A DNA stretch of 34,608 nucleotides from Deltaproteobacteria bacterium (GTDB taxonomy: Bacteria; Desulfobacterota; Desulfuromonadia; Desulfuromonadales; JAAYDE01): contig JAFZPK010000163.1 of NCBI GenBank assembly GCA_017552515.1, forward strand, positions 1-34,608. Reading direction: 5' to 3'. Shown piece after piece: positions 1 through 7,341 of this stretch. The stretch's first letter is position 1; each line of letters starts with the position of its first letter. The notes under the pieces were generated by a model that saw only the letters and a program-made list of their open reading frames with translations, had not been told where the DNA came from and ran no database searches. Made by a program: the position numbers and the translations under genes.

Positions 1-972
1 CACCGCTACGGTTCGCATATCTTTCATACCTCATTGCCCGAGGTTTGGGAGTACATCAATCAGTTCGGAGAGTTCACCAGTTACCAGCATAAAGTCTTCA
101 TTACCTATAAAGATAAAGTCTATACCATGCCCATCAATCTGGGCACTATTAACGCCTACTATGGCAAGAATTTCCGACCTGCGGAAGCTGCAGCCTTTTT
201 AAAGGAAGAAATCGCACGCGATTTTATCGCCAATCCCCAAAATTTGGAGGAAAAGGCCATATCCCTTATTGGCCGTCCCCTCTACGAGGCCTTTATCAAG
301 GGCTATACCCACAAACAGTGGGAACACAACCCGCGTGAACTTCCGGCCTCCATCATCAATCGCCTGCCTTTCCGTACGACGTACAACAACAACTATTTCA
401 ACGATACGTGGCAGGGCGTTCCCAAAGATGGCTATTTCAGCATTTTCCAGCGCATGTTGGACAATCCTCTTATTACGGTGAAGCTCAACTGCGGTTACGA
501 GAGCATAAGGGAGCAGATTCCCGCAGGTTGTACGGTAATTTACACTGGTATGCCCGACCAGTTGTTCCAGTATAAATATGGGGAGCTGGAATGGCGTTCC
601 CTGCGTTTCGAATGGGAAACCTTGCCGGAACAGGATTATCAGGGAACGACCGTCATGAATTATGCTGATTTGGAGATGCCGTATACCCGCATCCACGAAT
701 TCAAACACTATCATCCGGAGCGGACAGTTCCGTTCCATTTGGACAAAACGATTATTTGCCGGGAATATCCGGCGACCTATCACAAGGGGGATGAGGCCTA
801 TTATCCGGTCAACAACGAACGCAACAACACATTATATACCCGGTATGCGGAGGAAGCGGCCAGGATTCCGGGATTGATTCTGGGCGGACGATTGGGAGCG
901 TATCGTTATTGGGATATGGACAAGGCCATTGCCGATGCTCTGCATGTCTTTGAAACACGGATACGCCTGTAA
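1..972 (+). CDS. glf: UDP-galactopyranose mutase (5' truncated by window edge)
   Basis: Frame 1 is open from base 1 (HRYGSHIFHT, cf. Glf H-x-YG-x-HIFHT). Also FIKGYTHKQW, YTRIHEFKHYHPE, EAYYPVN and GRLGAYRYWDMD motifs typical of UGM. Confidence 0.95.
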   Translation, partial: HRYGSHIFHTSLPEVWEYINQFGEFTSYQHKVFITYKDKVYTMPINLGTINAYYGKNFRPAEAAAFLKEEIARDFIANPQNLEEKAISLIGRPLYEAFIKGYTHKQWEHNPRELPASIINRLPFRTTYNNNYFNDTWQGVPKDGYFSIFQRMLDNPLITVKLNCGYESIREQIPAGCTVIYTGMPDQLFQYKYGELEWRSLRFEWETLPEQDYQGTTVMNYADLEMPYTRIHEFKHYHPERTVPFHLDKTIICREYPATYHKGDEAYYPVNNERNNTLYTRYAEEAARIPGLILGGRLGAYRYWDMDKAIADALHVFETRIRL

Positions 973-1021
973 TAAGGGAAACATTCTACTGTTTGCAGAG
1001 CAGAAAACGGTTTTCTATGAA

Positions 1022-1065
1022 AACAGCCCCAGTCTTCTTATGAGGACTGGAGCTGTTGTTTTTTT
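1022..1065. terminator. Probable bidirectional intrinsic terminator between convergent glf and hcp
   Basis: Imperfect stem aacagccccagtcttc / gaggactggagctgtt followed by a T run on + and preceded by an A run. Confidence 0.7.
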
Positions 1066-1106
1066 AGCGGTTCAAAATGGCCGCTCTGTTTTTTCCTTTT
1101 GCCGTT

Positions 1107-2738
1107 TTATCCCAAAATAGATTTCAGATCCGCGTCCGGAGTTCTAATCGGCATGATGTTGAAATGCTCGGACATCCAGGCCAACGTCTTGGGCGAAATA
1201 AAGGCCGGCAGAGTGGGGCCGAGGCGGATGTCGCGGATGTTGAGGAAGAACAGGGCAAGGAGGATGCCTACTGCCTTTTGTTCGAACCAGGAGATGATCA
1301 GAGAGAGCGGCAGATCCAACGCCGAGCACTCAAAGGCGCGTGCCAGCGCATCCACTATCATGACGGCCGAATAGGTATCGTTGCACTGGCCAAGATCAAT
1401 GAGGCGGGGAATGCCTTCAATATCTCCCAGATCCTGGTCGATAAAGCGGAATTTGCCGCAGCCCAGTGTCAGAACGATGCAGTCCTTGGGTACTTTTTCA
1501 ACAAATTCGGTGTAGTACTTGCGCGTTTCTTCCGGACCATCGCAGCCGCCGACCAGGAAGAAATGACGGATCTTTCTTGCCCGGACCAGTTCGACAATCT
1601 TGCCGGCCACATTGGTGACAGCTTTCAGTCCGAAACCGGTGCTGAGGGTTTTGCCCGCCTTGTCCGCGGCAAAGCCTTCCAGCTGCTGCGCCTTGGCGAT
1701 AACTGGCGCGTAGTCGCCTTCCGCAAGGTGCGCAACGCCGGGCCAGCCGGTCACGTCGATGGTGAAGATCCGGTCCTTGTAGGAATCCAGCGGCTTGATC
1801 AGGCAGTTGGTGGTCATGACGATGGCGCCCGGGAAAGCGGCGAATTCGTCCTGCTGGTTCTGCCAGGCGGTGCCATAGTGGCCACAGAAGTGGGCGTATT
1901 TGTGCAGTTCCGGATAACCGTGGGCAGGTAGCATTTCGCCGTGACTGTACACGTTGATGCCCGTGCCTTCGGTAGCCTTGAGGATCTCCGAGAGAATCTT
2001 TAGATCGTGCCCGGAAACCACGATGGCCTTGCCCGCCTTGACGCCGGTGGAAACCTGAACAGGAGCCGGATCGCCGAAGGTTTTGGTATTGGCTTCGTAC
2101 AGGCACTGCATGGCGCGCAGGTTGGTTTCACCGCAGCGGCTGATGAGGTAGAACAGTGCTTCCAGATGCAGACCATCGTTCAGGGTGGACATGAGGCCTT
2201 CACTGATGAAGTCGTACACGTGGCTGTCTTCGAAACCCAGGGCGCTGGCGTGATGGGTATAAGCTGCGGCCCCTTTGAGACCGTAGATGAGCAGCTGCTT
2301 GAGCGCTTCCGCATCGGGATCCAGATCCGGATCGGGAGTGATGCTGCCCAGTTTTTCCCCCTGCTCGATCATTTCGGCAAGGGTTGCCGCCGGTTTGAAG
2401 TTGGCGGCTGCCAGACGGAAGATGTCCCGGCCACCGGCGTGGGTTACCTCTTTTTTGAGCTGCTCCCTCAGTTCCACGCATTCGTTGATCAGCTGCACGA
2501 AACGCTCCGGATCAAAGTTGACGTTGGTCAGCGTGCTGAAGAGCGCCTTGGCCATAAAGCGGTTGACCTTGATGTTGTTGCAGCTGTTGCGGGTAGCCTC
2601 CGTGGCTACCATCGACAGCCCGCGCAGGGCATAGATAAGCAGATCCTGCATGGCGGCGGTATCCGGCTGTTTTCCGCAGATTCCCGACTGGGTGCAGCCA
2701 CGACCTTCAGCTGTTTGTTCGCATTGGTAACAAAACAT
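1107..2738 (-). CDS. hcp: Hybrid cluster protein (hydroxylamine reductase / prismane), class I
   Basis: N-terminal C-x2-C-x8-C-x5-C (MFCYQCEQTAEGRGCTQSGIC). Hybrid-cluster motifs SGHDL, HGEMLPAH, TTNC, VGGCDG, LGCGK, GQCND, SWFEQKA. AGGAG RBS upstream. Confidence 0.96.
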   Translation of the reverse strand: MFCYQCEQTAEGRGCTQSGICGKQPDTAAMQDLLIYALRGLSMVATEATRNSCNNIKVNRFMAKALFSTLTNVNFDPERFVQLINECVELREQLKKEVTHAGGRDIFRLAAANFKPAATLAEMIEQGEKLGSITPDPDLDPDAEALKQLLIYGLKGAAAYTHHASALGFEDSHVYDFISEGLMSTLNDGLHLEALFYLISRCGETNLRAMQCLYEANTKTFGDPAPVQVSTGVKAGKAIVVSGHDLKILSEILKATEGTGINVYSHGEMLPAHGYPELHKYAHFCGHYGTAWQNQQDEFAAFPGAIVMTTNCLIKPLDSYKDRIFTIDVTGWPGVAHLAEGDYAPVIAKAQQLEGFAADKAGKTLSTGFGLKAVTNVAGKIVELVRARKIRHFFLVGGCDGPEETRKYYTEFVEKVPKDCIVLTLGCGKFRFIDQDLGDIEGIPRLIDLGQCNDTYSAVMIVDALARAFECSALDLPLSLIISWFEQKAVGILLALFFLNIRDIRLGPTLPAFISPKTLAWMSEHFNIMPIRTPDADLKSILG

Positions 2739-2770
2739 GATTTTCTCCTTGGTTGGTGGTTAAGGTGCCC

Positions 2771-2798
2771 TTTATAGCACAAGAATAATCTTTTCCAA
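2771..2798 (-). promoter_or_regulatory. Candidate sigma70 promoter of hcp
   Basis: Minus strand TTGGAA-N16-TATAAA with an extended -10 TG. Confidence 0.4.
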
Positions 2799-2810
2799 AA
2801 GCTTGCACGA

Positions 2811-3221
2811 CTAGCGTATGCTGGATTGTTCGTTCAGCAGGCGGACATCCACATGGTTGTCGTAAACATCCACATCAATGAGTGGCGTGCCGTCCGCGAT
2901 TCTGCGCAGGGCTTCTTGGGAAACCGATCCGTTGCGCAGGAAGTTCTCCAGCCTTTGCCGAGCTTGCGGGCTGGCAAAAGCGCAGTCGTCAGTGTCTTCC
3001 AGATCTTGCCGGTTGAATTTGTGAAAGTTGGCGCGATCCTGGCGGATAACCGCCGCCACGCTGGAAAGGTTGTAGCCGCTGACCAGGGACTGCCCCTGGC
3101 TGTTGAGTTTGTCCCATTCGGAGATTCGGGCGGTGTAGGTACACAGGTAACGATCGGCCAATGCGGAAGTAACGGAAAGTCCCGTCAGCAAAAGGACGAA
3201 CACTACGATGTTTTTACACAT
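2811..3221 (-). CDS. Secreted hypothetical protein
   Basis: 136 aa with a signal-peptide-like N-terminus ending ...TSALA. The motif AAVIRQDRANFHKF resembles a conserved uncharacterised family (from recall, not searched). Confidence 0.75.
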   Translation of the reverse strand: MCKNIVVFVLLLTGLSVTSALADRYLCTYTARISEWDKLNSQGQSLVSGYNLSSVAAVIRQDRANFHKFNRQDLEDTDDCAFASPQARQRLENFLRNGSVSQEALRRIADGTPLIDVDVYDNHVDVRLLNEQSSIR

Positions 3222-3287
3222 GGAGCAACGAACCTTTCTTTAATTATCGAGGGGCTGCAATGGTGCTGCACGTTTCCAGCGTGCCAT

Positions 3288-4064
3288 TTACCGGCATTCG
3301 TTGATCAGCAGTTCCGGGCGGTATTCAAAATGGACACTGTCGAAATGATACCATTTGCCGCCCCAGATGAAGCCATGCTTTTCAAAGATTCCGACAATTT
3401 TTTGCAGAATTGGATCCGTAAGCAGTTTTTGGGGATAGGCGCAGCGTTCTCCGTCCCGGCATCCCGACCAGCGCCAATACATGTTGAGGCCCTTGGGCAG
3501 ATCAAAGTCGATGGTCATGCCATAGCTGTGCGGGCTTTTGCGTTGCGTTCCGGCGACCACACGGTAGTTGAAGGAGCCATTGGGCTTGGCCATGTAACGT
3601 TTCAGTTCCGGATATTGTGCCAGTTCGTGGCCTACAGCCTCCAACTTGAGGTTGGCCCCGTTGACGGATGTGAAGGGCAGCCGGGTTCCGGAAGGCGCCC
3701 AGAAAACTGGAACCAGCTGCCGGCGTACCTCCTCTGCGGAGTCGCCGTACATAATGTTGAAAAAGGCACTATTACGCATTCGTCCCGGATCGTAGTTAAA
3801 GACAGGGGCTTCGAAGCCCGATGGATAACGCTGTTCCAGTTGATCGTACAAACCGGCCTGATTCAGGCGTTTGTCAAAGTCCGGTTCGTTGGCTTTGGAG
3901 AGCGGAAGACGCTGTCCGCGTACCAAAATGGAGTGGGCATCCAGGGCTTTGACATTTTCTGGATAGGCGCTTTCCAGACAGCGTCCCACATCTTGCGCGG
4001 CTTGCACGGAGGTTGCCGAGATGGCCAGCGCAAAAACGATACTTGCAATACATGCTCTGCGCAT
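3288..4064 (-). CDS. Exported M15-family Zn peptidase (D-Ala-D-Ala carboxypeptidase / L-Ala-D-Glu peptidase-like)
   Basis: Signal peptide. R-x-VAGT..SPHSYGMTID (SxHxxGxxxD) and WGGKWYHFDSVHFEYRPEL motifs. Confidence 0.88.
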   Translation of the reverse strand: MRRACIASIVFALAISATSVQAAQDVGRCLESAYPENVKALDAHSILVRGQRLPLSKANEPDFDKRLNQAGLYDQLEQRYPSGFEAPVFNYDPGRMRNSAFFNIMYGDSAEEVRRQLVPVFWAPSGTRLPFTSVNGANLKLEAVGHELAQYPELKRYMAKPNGSFNYRVVAGTQRKSPHSYGMTIDFDLPKGLNMYWRWSGCRDGERCAYPQKLLTDPILQKIVGIFEKHGFIWGGKWYHFDSVHFEYRPELLINECR

Positions 4065-4215
4065 GAAAAAATCCTTTCTTTTTCAAGACAAACTGTTGCC
4101 GCCTCATTTGTATTTGTGTAACGGTAAGTTAAACGTAGATACCGGAAACGGCGCACTTTGGCAAGAGCAGGGCGCAAGACCGCTGTTTCATCGTTTTTAG
4201 AATAGGGAAACGTGC

Positions 4216-5190
4216 ATGAATATCTGGAAAACGTCGCTTATAACGCTGGTGCGGGAAACAGTGCGGGATGGCCTGAGTGCCAGCCTTGCCCTGTTTAAAG
4301 TGACGGTTCCGGTCAGCATTGTGGTCAAGCTGCTCAATGATGCCGGTTTCACCACGTTGCTGGGACAGGCGCTTGCTCCGGTCATGGAAGTGGTGGGGCT
4401 GCCTGGCAGTATGGGAATGGTCTGGGCAACCGGCATGGTGACCAATATCTACGGGGGGCTGGTGGTCTATGTGACTGTCGCGCCTCAGGAAGTGCTGACG
4501 GTTGCGCAGGTGACGGTACTGGGTGTCATGATGCTGGCGGCGCATTCGTTGCCGGTAGAACTGCGCATTGCCCGTATGGCGGGCATTCATTACAGCGTCA
4601 TGCTGTCGGTTAGACTGGGAGGGGCCTTTCTTCTGGGAAGCCTGCTTCATCGTATCTATCTTGCGGGCGACTGGTTGAGCGGGCCGGTACGGATTCTGAT
4701 GCCGCCCCTGGCAGCCCACACCTCGTGGGGGGACTGGGCCTTGCGTGAAGTACGTTCCATGGTGATCATCACTCTCATTATTACAGTCTTGATATTGCTC
4801 ATGCGAATATTGGAAAGAAGCGGCCTGATGCGGTTGCTCTGCCGGATGCTGGAGCCTCCTCTGCGCTGGCTGGGGATGACGGTCAACGCCGCACCGGTTA
4901 CGGTTATCGGCATGATGATGGGGGTCAGTTACGGTGGGGCCCTGATTCTTCAGGAGGCGCGTTCTGGACGAATGGACGCCCGCGACATCTTTCTTGCGCT
5001 GACACTTATGGGACTCTGTCACAGCCTGTTCGAGGATACGATGCTGATGGCCTTGATAGGAGGTCATCTTTCCGGTTTGCTGGTTGCCCGTCTGGGCTTT
5101 GCTCTTCTGGTCATTTTTCTTGCCGCGCGTCTCCTTCGCCGCATTCCGGAACAATTTTTCCGGCGTTTTATTTGTTCACCACCCAACTGA
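4216..5190 (+). CDS. Nucleoside-recognition (Gate) domain membrane protein
   Basis: Highly hydrophobic 324 aa with two related halves: LAPVMEVVGLP..AAHSLPVE and LEPPLRWLG..LCHSLFEDT. Confidence 0.75.
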   Translation: MNIWKTSLITLVRETVRDGLSASLALFKVTVPVSIVVKLLNDAGFTTLLGQALAPVMEVVGLPGSMGMVWATGMVTNIYGGLVVYVTVAPQEVLTVAQVTVLGVMMLAAHSLPVELRIARMAGIHYSVMLSVRLGGAFLLGSLLHRIYLAGDWLSGPVRILMPPLAAHTSWGDWALREVRSMVIITLIITVLILLMRILERSGLMRLLCRMLEPPLRWLGMTVNAAPVTVIGMMMGVSYGGALILQEARSGRMDARDIFLALTLMGLCHSLFEDTMLMALIGGHLSGLLVARLGFALLVIFLAARLLRRIPEQFFRRFICSPPN

Positions 5191-5438
5191 ATTACTCTCT
5201 TTTTGACTGAAATCCTTTTTTCCCCCCACAAAGATATTTCTTTGCGAATTTTTTTCTCTGCGCATTTTCCTACTGTTTTTTCCTGAAAACCTTCAGGAAC
5301 AAAAATCTGTCTGTTTTGGGTCATCCTCAAATTATCCGGCAAAAATTTTTGCCCAATTTTGGAAAATGAGGGGGAAGAAGTTCCTTTTATCAAACTATTT
5401 CAAATATTTATGAATGCATAGGGACCATATGGGCATGC

Positions 5439-5467
5439 TTGACACATTTTGACACTCCGGATATATT
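5439..5467 (+). promoter_or_regulatory. Sigma70 promoter of the dcw cluster
   Basis: TTGACA (5439-5444), 17-nt spacer, TATATT (5462-5467), upstream of mraZ. Confidence 0.75.
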
Positions 5468-5475
5468 TCCCCCGA

Positions 5476-5505
5476 AAAGTGGGAAAAAGTGTCAACAAGT
5501 GCCAA
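5476..5505 (+). promoter_or_regulatory. MraZ-binding repeats (3 x AAGTG at 10-bp period)
   Basis: aaagtgggaa / aaagtgtcaa / caagtgccaa between the -10 and the mraZ start, matching the known 10-bp-period GTG-type MraZ sites. Confidence 0.75.
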
Positions 5506-5520
5506 AACAGGACAAAATCC

Positions 5521-5973
5521 ATGGCGGACAGATATTTTCAGAGTGAATTTCGCAATGCGGTGGATGCCAAACGGCGTTTGAGCATTCCTGTGAAATTCCG
5601 CGAGGTTTTGCGCGAGGGTTTTGGCGACGAGACCGTGGTTGTGACACGGGGAGTCGATTCCCTGTGTGTTTATCCCGCTTCGGAATGGGCAAAGATCTGT
5701 GAAAGGTTTCATGCGGCGCCTGCGAATCCGGACAAAGAGAGAGTGAATCGGTTTAAGATTGCTCCGGCGGTGGAATGTGCTTTTGACGCGCAGGGGCGGA
5801 TTCAACTGCCGCGGCCACTGGCGGATCACGCTGGTCTGGAAAAGGAAGTGGTCATTGTCGGGGCTTCCGAGAAGTTTGAAATCTGGAGCCTGGAACGGCA
5901 TTTGGAGCAGACCCGCGAGACCCAGGAATTTTTGCGGGAGAATCCTGGAGTTCTGACCAGCTATGGGTTCTGA
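5521..5973 (+). CDS. mraZ: Transcriptional regulator MraZ
   Basis: VDAKRRLSIP and FDAQGRIQLP tandem AbrB-like repeats, FEIWS, first gene of dcw. ATG 5521 with AGGA upstream. Confidence 0.95.
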   Translation: MADRYFQSEFRNAVDAKRRLSIPVKFREVLREGFGDETVVVTRGVDSLCVYPASEWAKICERFHAAPANPDKERVNRFKIAPAVECAFDAQGRIQLPRPLADHAGLEKEVVIVGASEKFEIWSLERHLEQTRETQEFLRENPGVLTSYGF

Positions 5974-6904
5974 GTATCATCGTCCGGTTATGCCGCGCGA
6001 GGTATTGCGGATGTTGGCGCCGCGTTCGGGCGGTGTCTATCTGGATGCGACGGTGGGTGGTGGTGGCCATGCCCGGCTGATTTTGGAGGCAAGCGCGCCA
6101 GACGGTTTTCTGGTCGGCATGGATCGGGACGCCGAAGCTCTTGCAGCGGCTCAAGAAGTATTGGCGTCGTTTAGAGGGCGTTTCCGCCTTGTGCAGGGTT
6201 CCTTTTCCGAAATGGAGAATGCCTTGCGGGAAGCCGGAAAAACGGCCTGTGACGGCATCCTGATGGATTTGGGCGTTTCATCCCATCAGCTGGACGAGGG
6301 CAGACGCGGCTTTTCTTTCATGCGCAACGCACCGCTGGACATGCGTATGGATTGCCGTCAGGAAATGACGGCGCGGGAGGCGGTCAATACGCTTTCCGGT
6401 GAAGAACTGGAGCGAATCTTTCGGGAGTATGGGGAAGAGCGCTTTGCCCGGCGCATTGCCCGTCGCCTTGTGGAAGCGCGCTGCAATGCGCCTTTGAATA
6501 CGACGCAGGAACTGGCGGATCTGGTCAGGGAGGAGGTTCCGGGCAAAGGAGAGGGACAGCGAATCCATCCGGCGACCCGTGTGTTTCAGGCCTTGCGGAT
6601 CTTTGTCAACGATGAATTGGGGCAGTTGCGTGAAGGGCTTGAGGCGGCGGTGAATTGCCTTGCTCCGGAAGGATGCCTGGCGGTGCTGACCTATCATTCC
6701 CTTGAGGCACGGGTGGTCAAGGAAATTTTTCACCGGGAGGCAATAGGGTGCGTTTGTCCCGCGTCGTTTCCGGTTTGTGTCTGCCATCATGTGCCGCGAT
6801 TGGCTTTGGCGGGAAGCGGCGTCAAGCCGGAGGCGCAGGAGGTGGCGAACAATCCTCGGGCTCGCAGTGCGGTCTTGCGGGGAGCGCGGCGGTTGCGCGA
6901 GTAA
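5963..6904 (+). CDS. rsmH: 16S rRNA C1402 N4-methyltransferase
   Basis: HRPVM, DATVGGGGHA, DLGVSSHQLD, PLDMRMD, HPATRVFQALRI, NPRARSA. Confidence 0.97.
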   Translation: MGSEYHRPVMPREVLRMLAPRSGGVYLDATVGGGGHARLILEASAPDGFLVGMDRDAEALAAAQEVLASFRGRFRLVQGSFSEMENALREAGKTACDGILMDLGVSSHQLDEGRRGFSFMRNAPLDMRMDCRQEMTAREAVNTLSGEELERIFREYGEERFARRIARRLVEARCNAPLNTTQELADLVREEVPGKGEGQRIHPATRVFQALRIFVNDELGQLREGLEAAVNCLAPEGCLAVLTYHSLEARVVKEIFHREAIGCVCPASFPVCVCHHVPRLALAGSGVKPEAQEVANNPRARSAVLRGARRLRE

Positions 6905-6963
6905 ACTGTTGGGCGGTTGTTTTTCTGTACGTAGGCAATATCATTCTGAAAATGGAGATTTTT

Positions 6964-7311
6964 ATGGGGGCGGATCTTAAGGGTTTCATGACGGAATCAG
7001 TATCGTTGTCACGCAAATTTTCGGTGCCTTGGCAAATTTCCTTTTCGTTTCAGAGTATTTGTCCCATCACGGTCTTCCTTGCTGCAGCGTTTGCCATAGC
7101 CATTTTCTTCGTTTGGTCGCGGACCGAGATGGTACGTCTTGAATACCAGATTTCCCGCATGGAGCGGCAGGTACGGGATTTACGTCAGGAAGAACAACGC
7201 ATGCGTCTGGAAGTGGCCAGTCTGCGCAGTCCGCAACGGATAGAGGCGGTGGCTTCCAACGATTTGGGGATGTCTCGCCCGAAACCGGGGCAAATCGTTA
7301 TCGTCCGATAG
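6964..7311 (+). CDS. ftsL: Cell division protein FtsL
   Basis: Single TM helix, then coiled coil and LRSPQRIEAVASNDLGM. Lies between rsmH and ftsI. Start 6964 chosen from GGAG RBS (6988 is an alternative). Confidence 0.88.
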   Translation: MGADLKGFMTESVSLSRKFSVPWQISFSFQSICPITVFLAAAFAIAIFFVWSRTEMVRLEYQISRMERQVRDLRQEEQRMRLEVASLRSPQRIEAVASNDLGMSRPKPGQIVIVR

Positions 7312-7341
7312 ACAAGTCCCCAAAAGCGGAGAGGTTAGGGT

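Noticed and set aside
3288-4064. Peptidase as prophage endolysin or part of a van cluster
   Set aside because: No holin, phage, integrase or vanHAX/RS genes nearby.
2826-4121. 431-aa plus-strand ORF, and other long antisense ORFs such as 10810-12261, 14667-15971 and 21328-22626
   Set aside because: They lie antisense to well-supported genes and show no motifs; expected shadow ORFs at this GC content.
4140-4200. ggcaa..gggcgcaag resembling a cyclic-dinucleotide (GEMM) riboswitch
   Set aside because: Lacks the GNRA-capped stem and the second-stem consensus.
5191-5430. Replication origin in the AT-rich gap
   Set aside because: No convincing TTATCCACA DnaA boxes and no oriC-associated genes.
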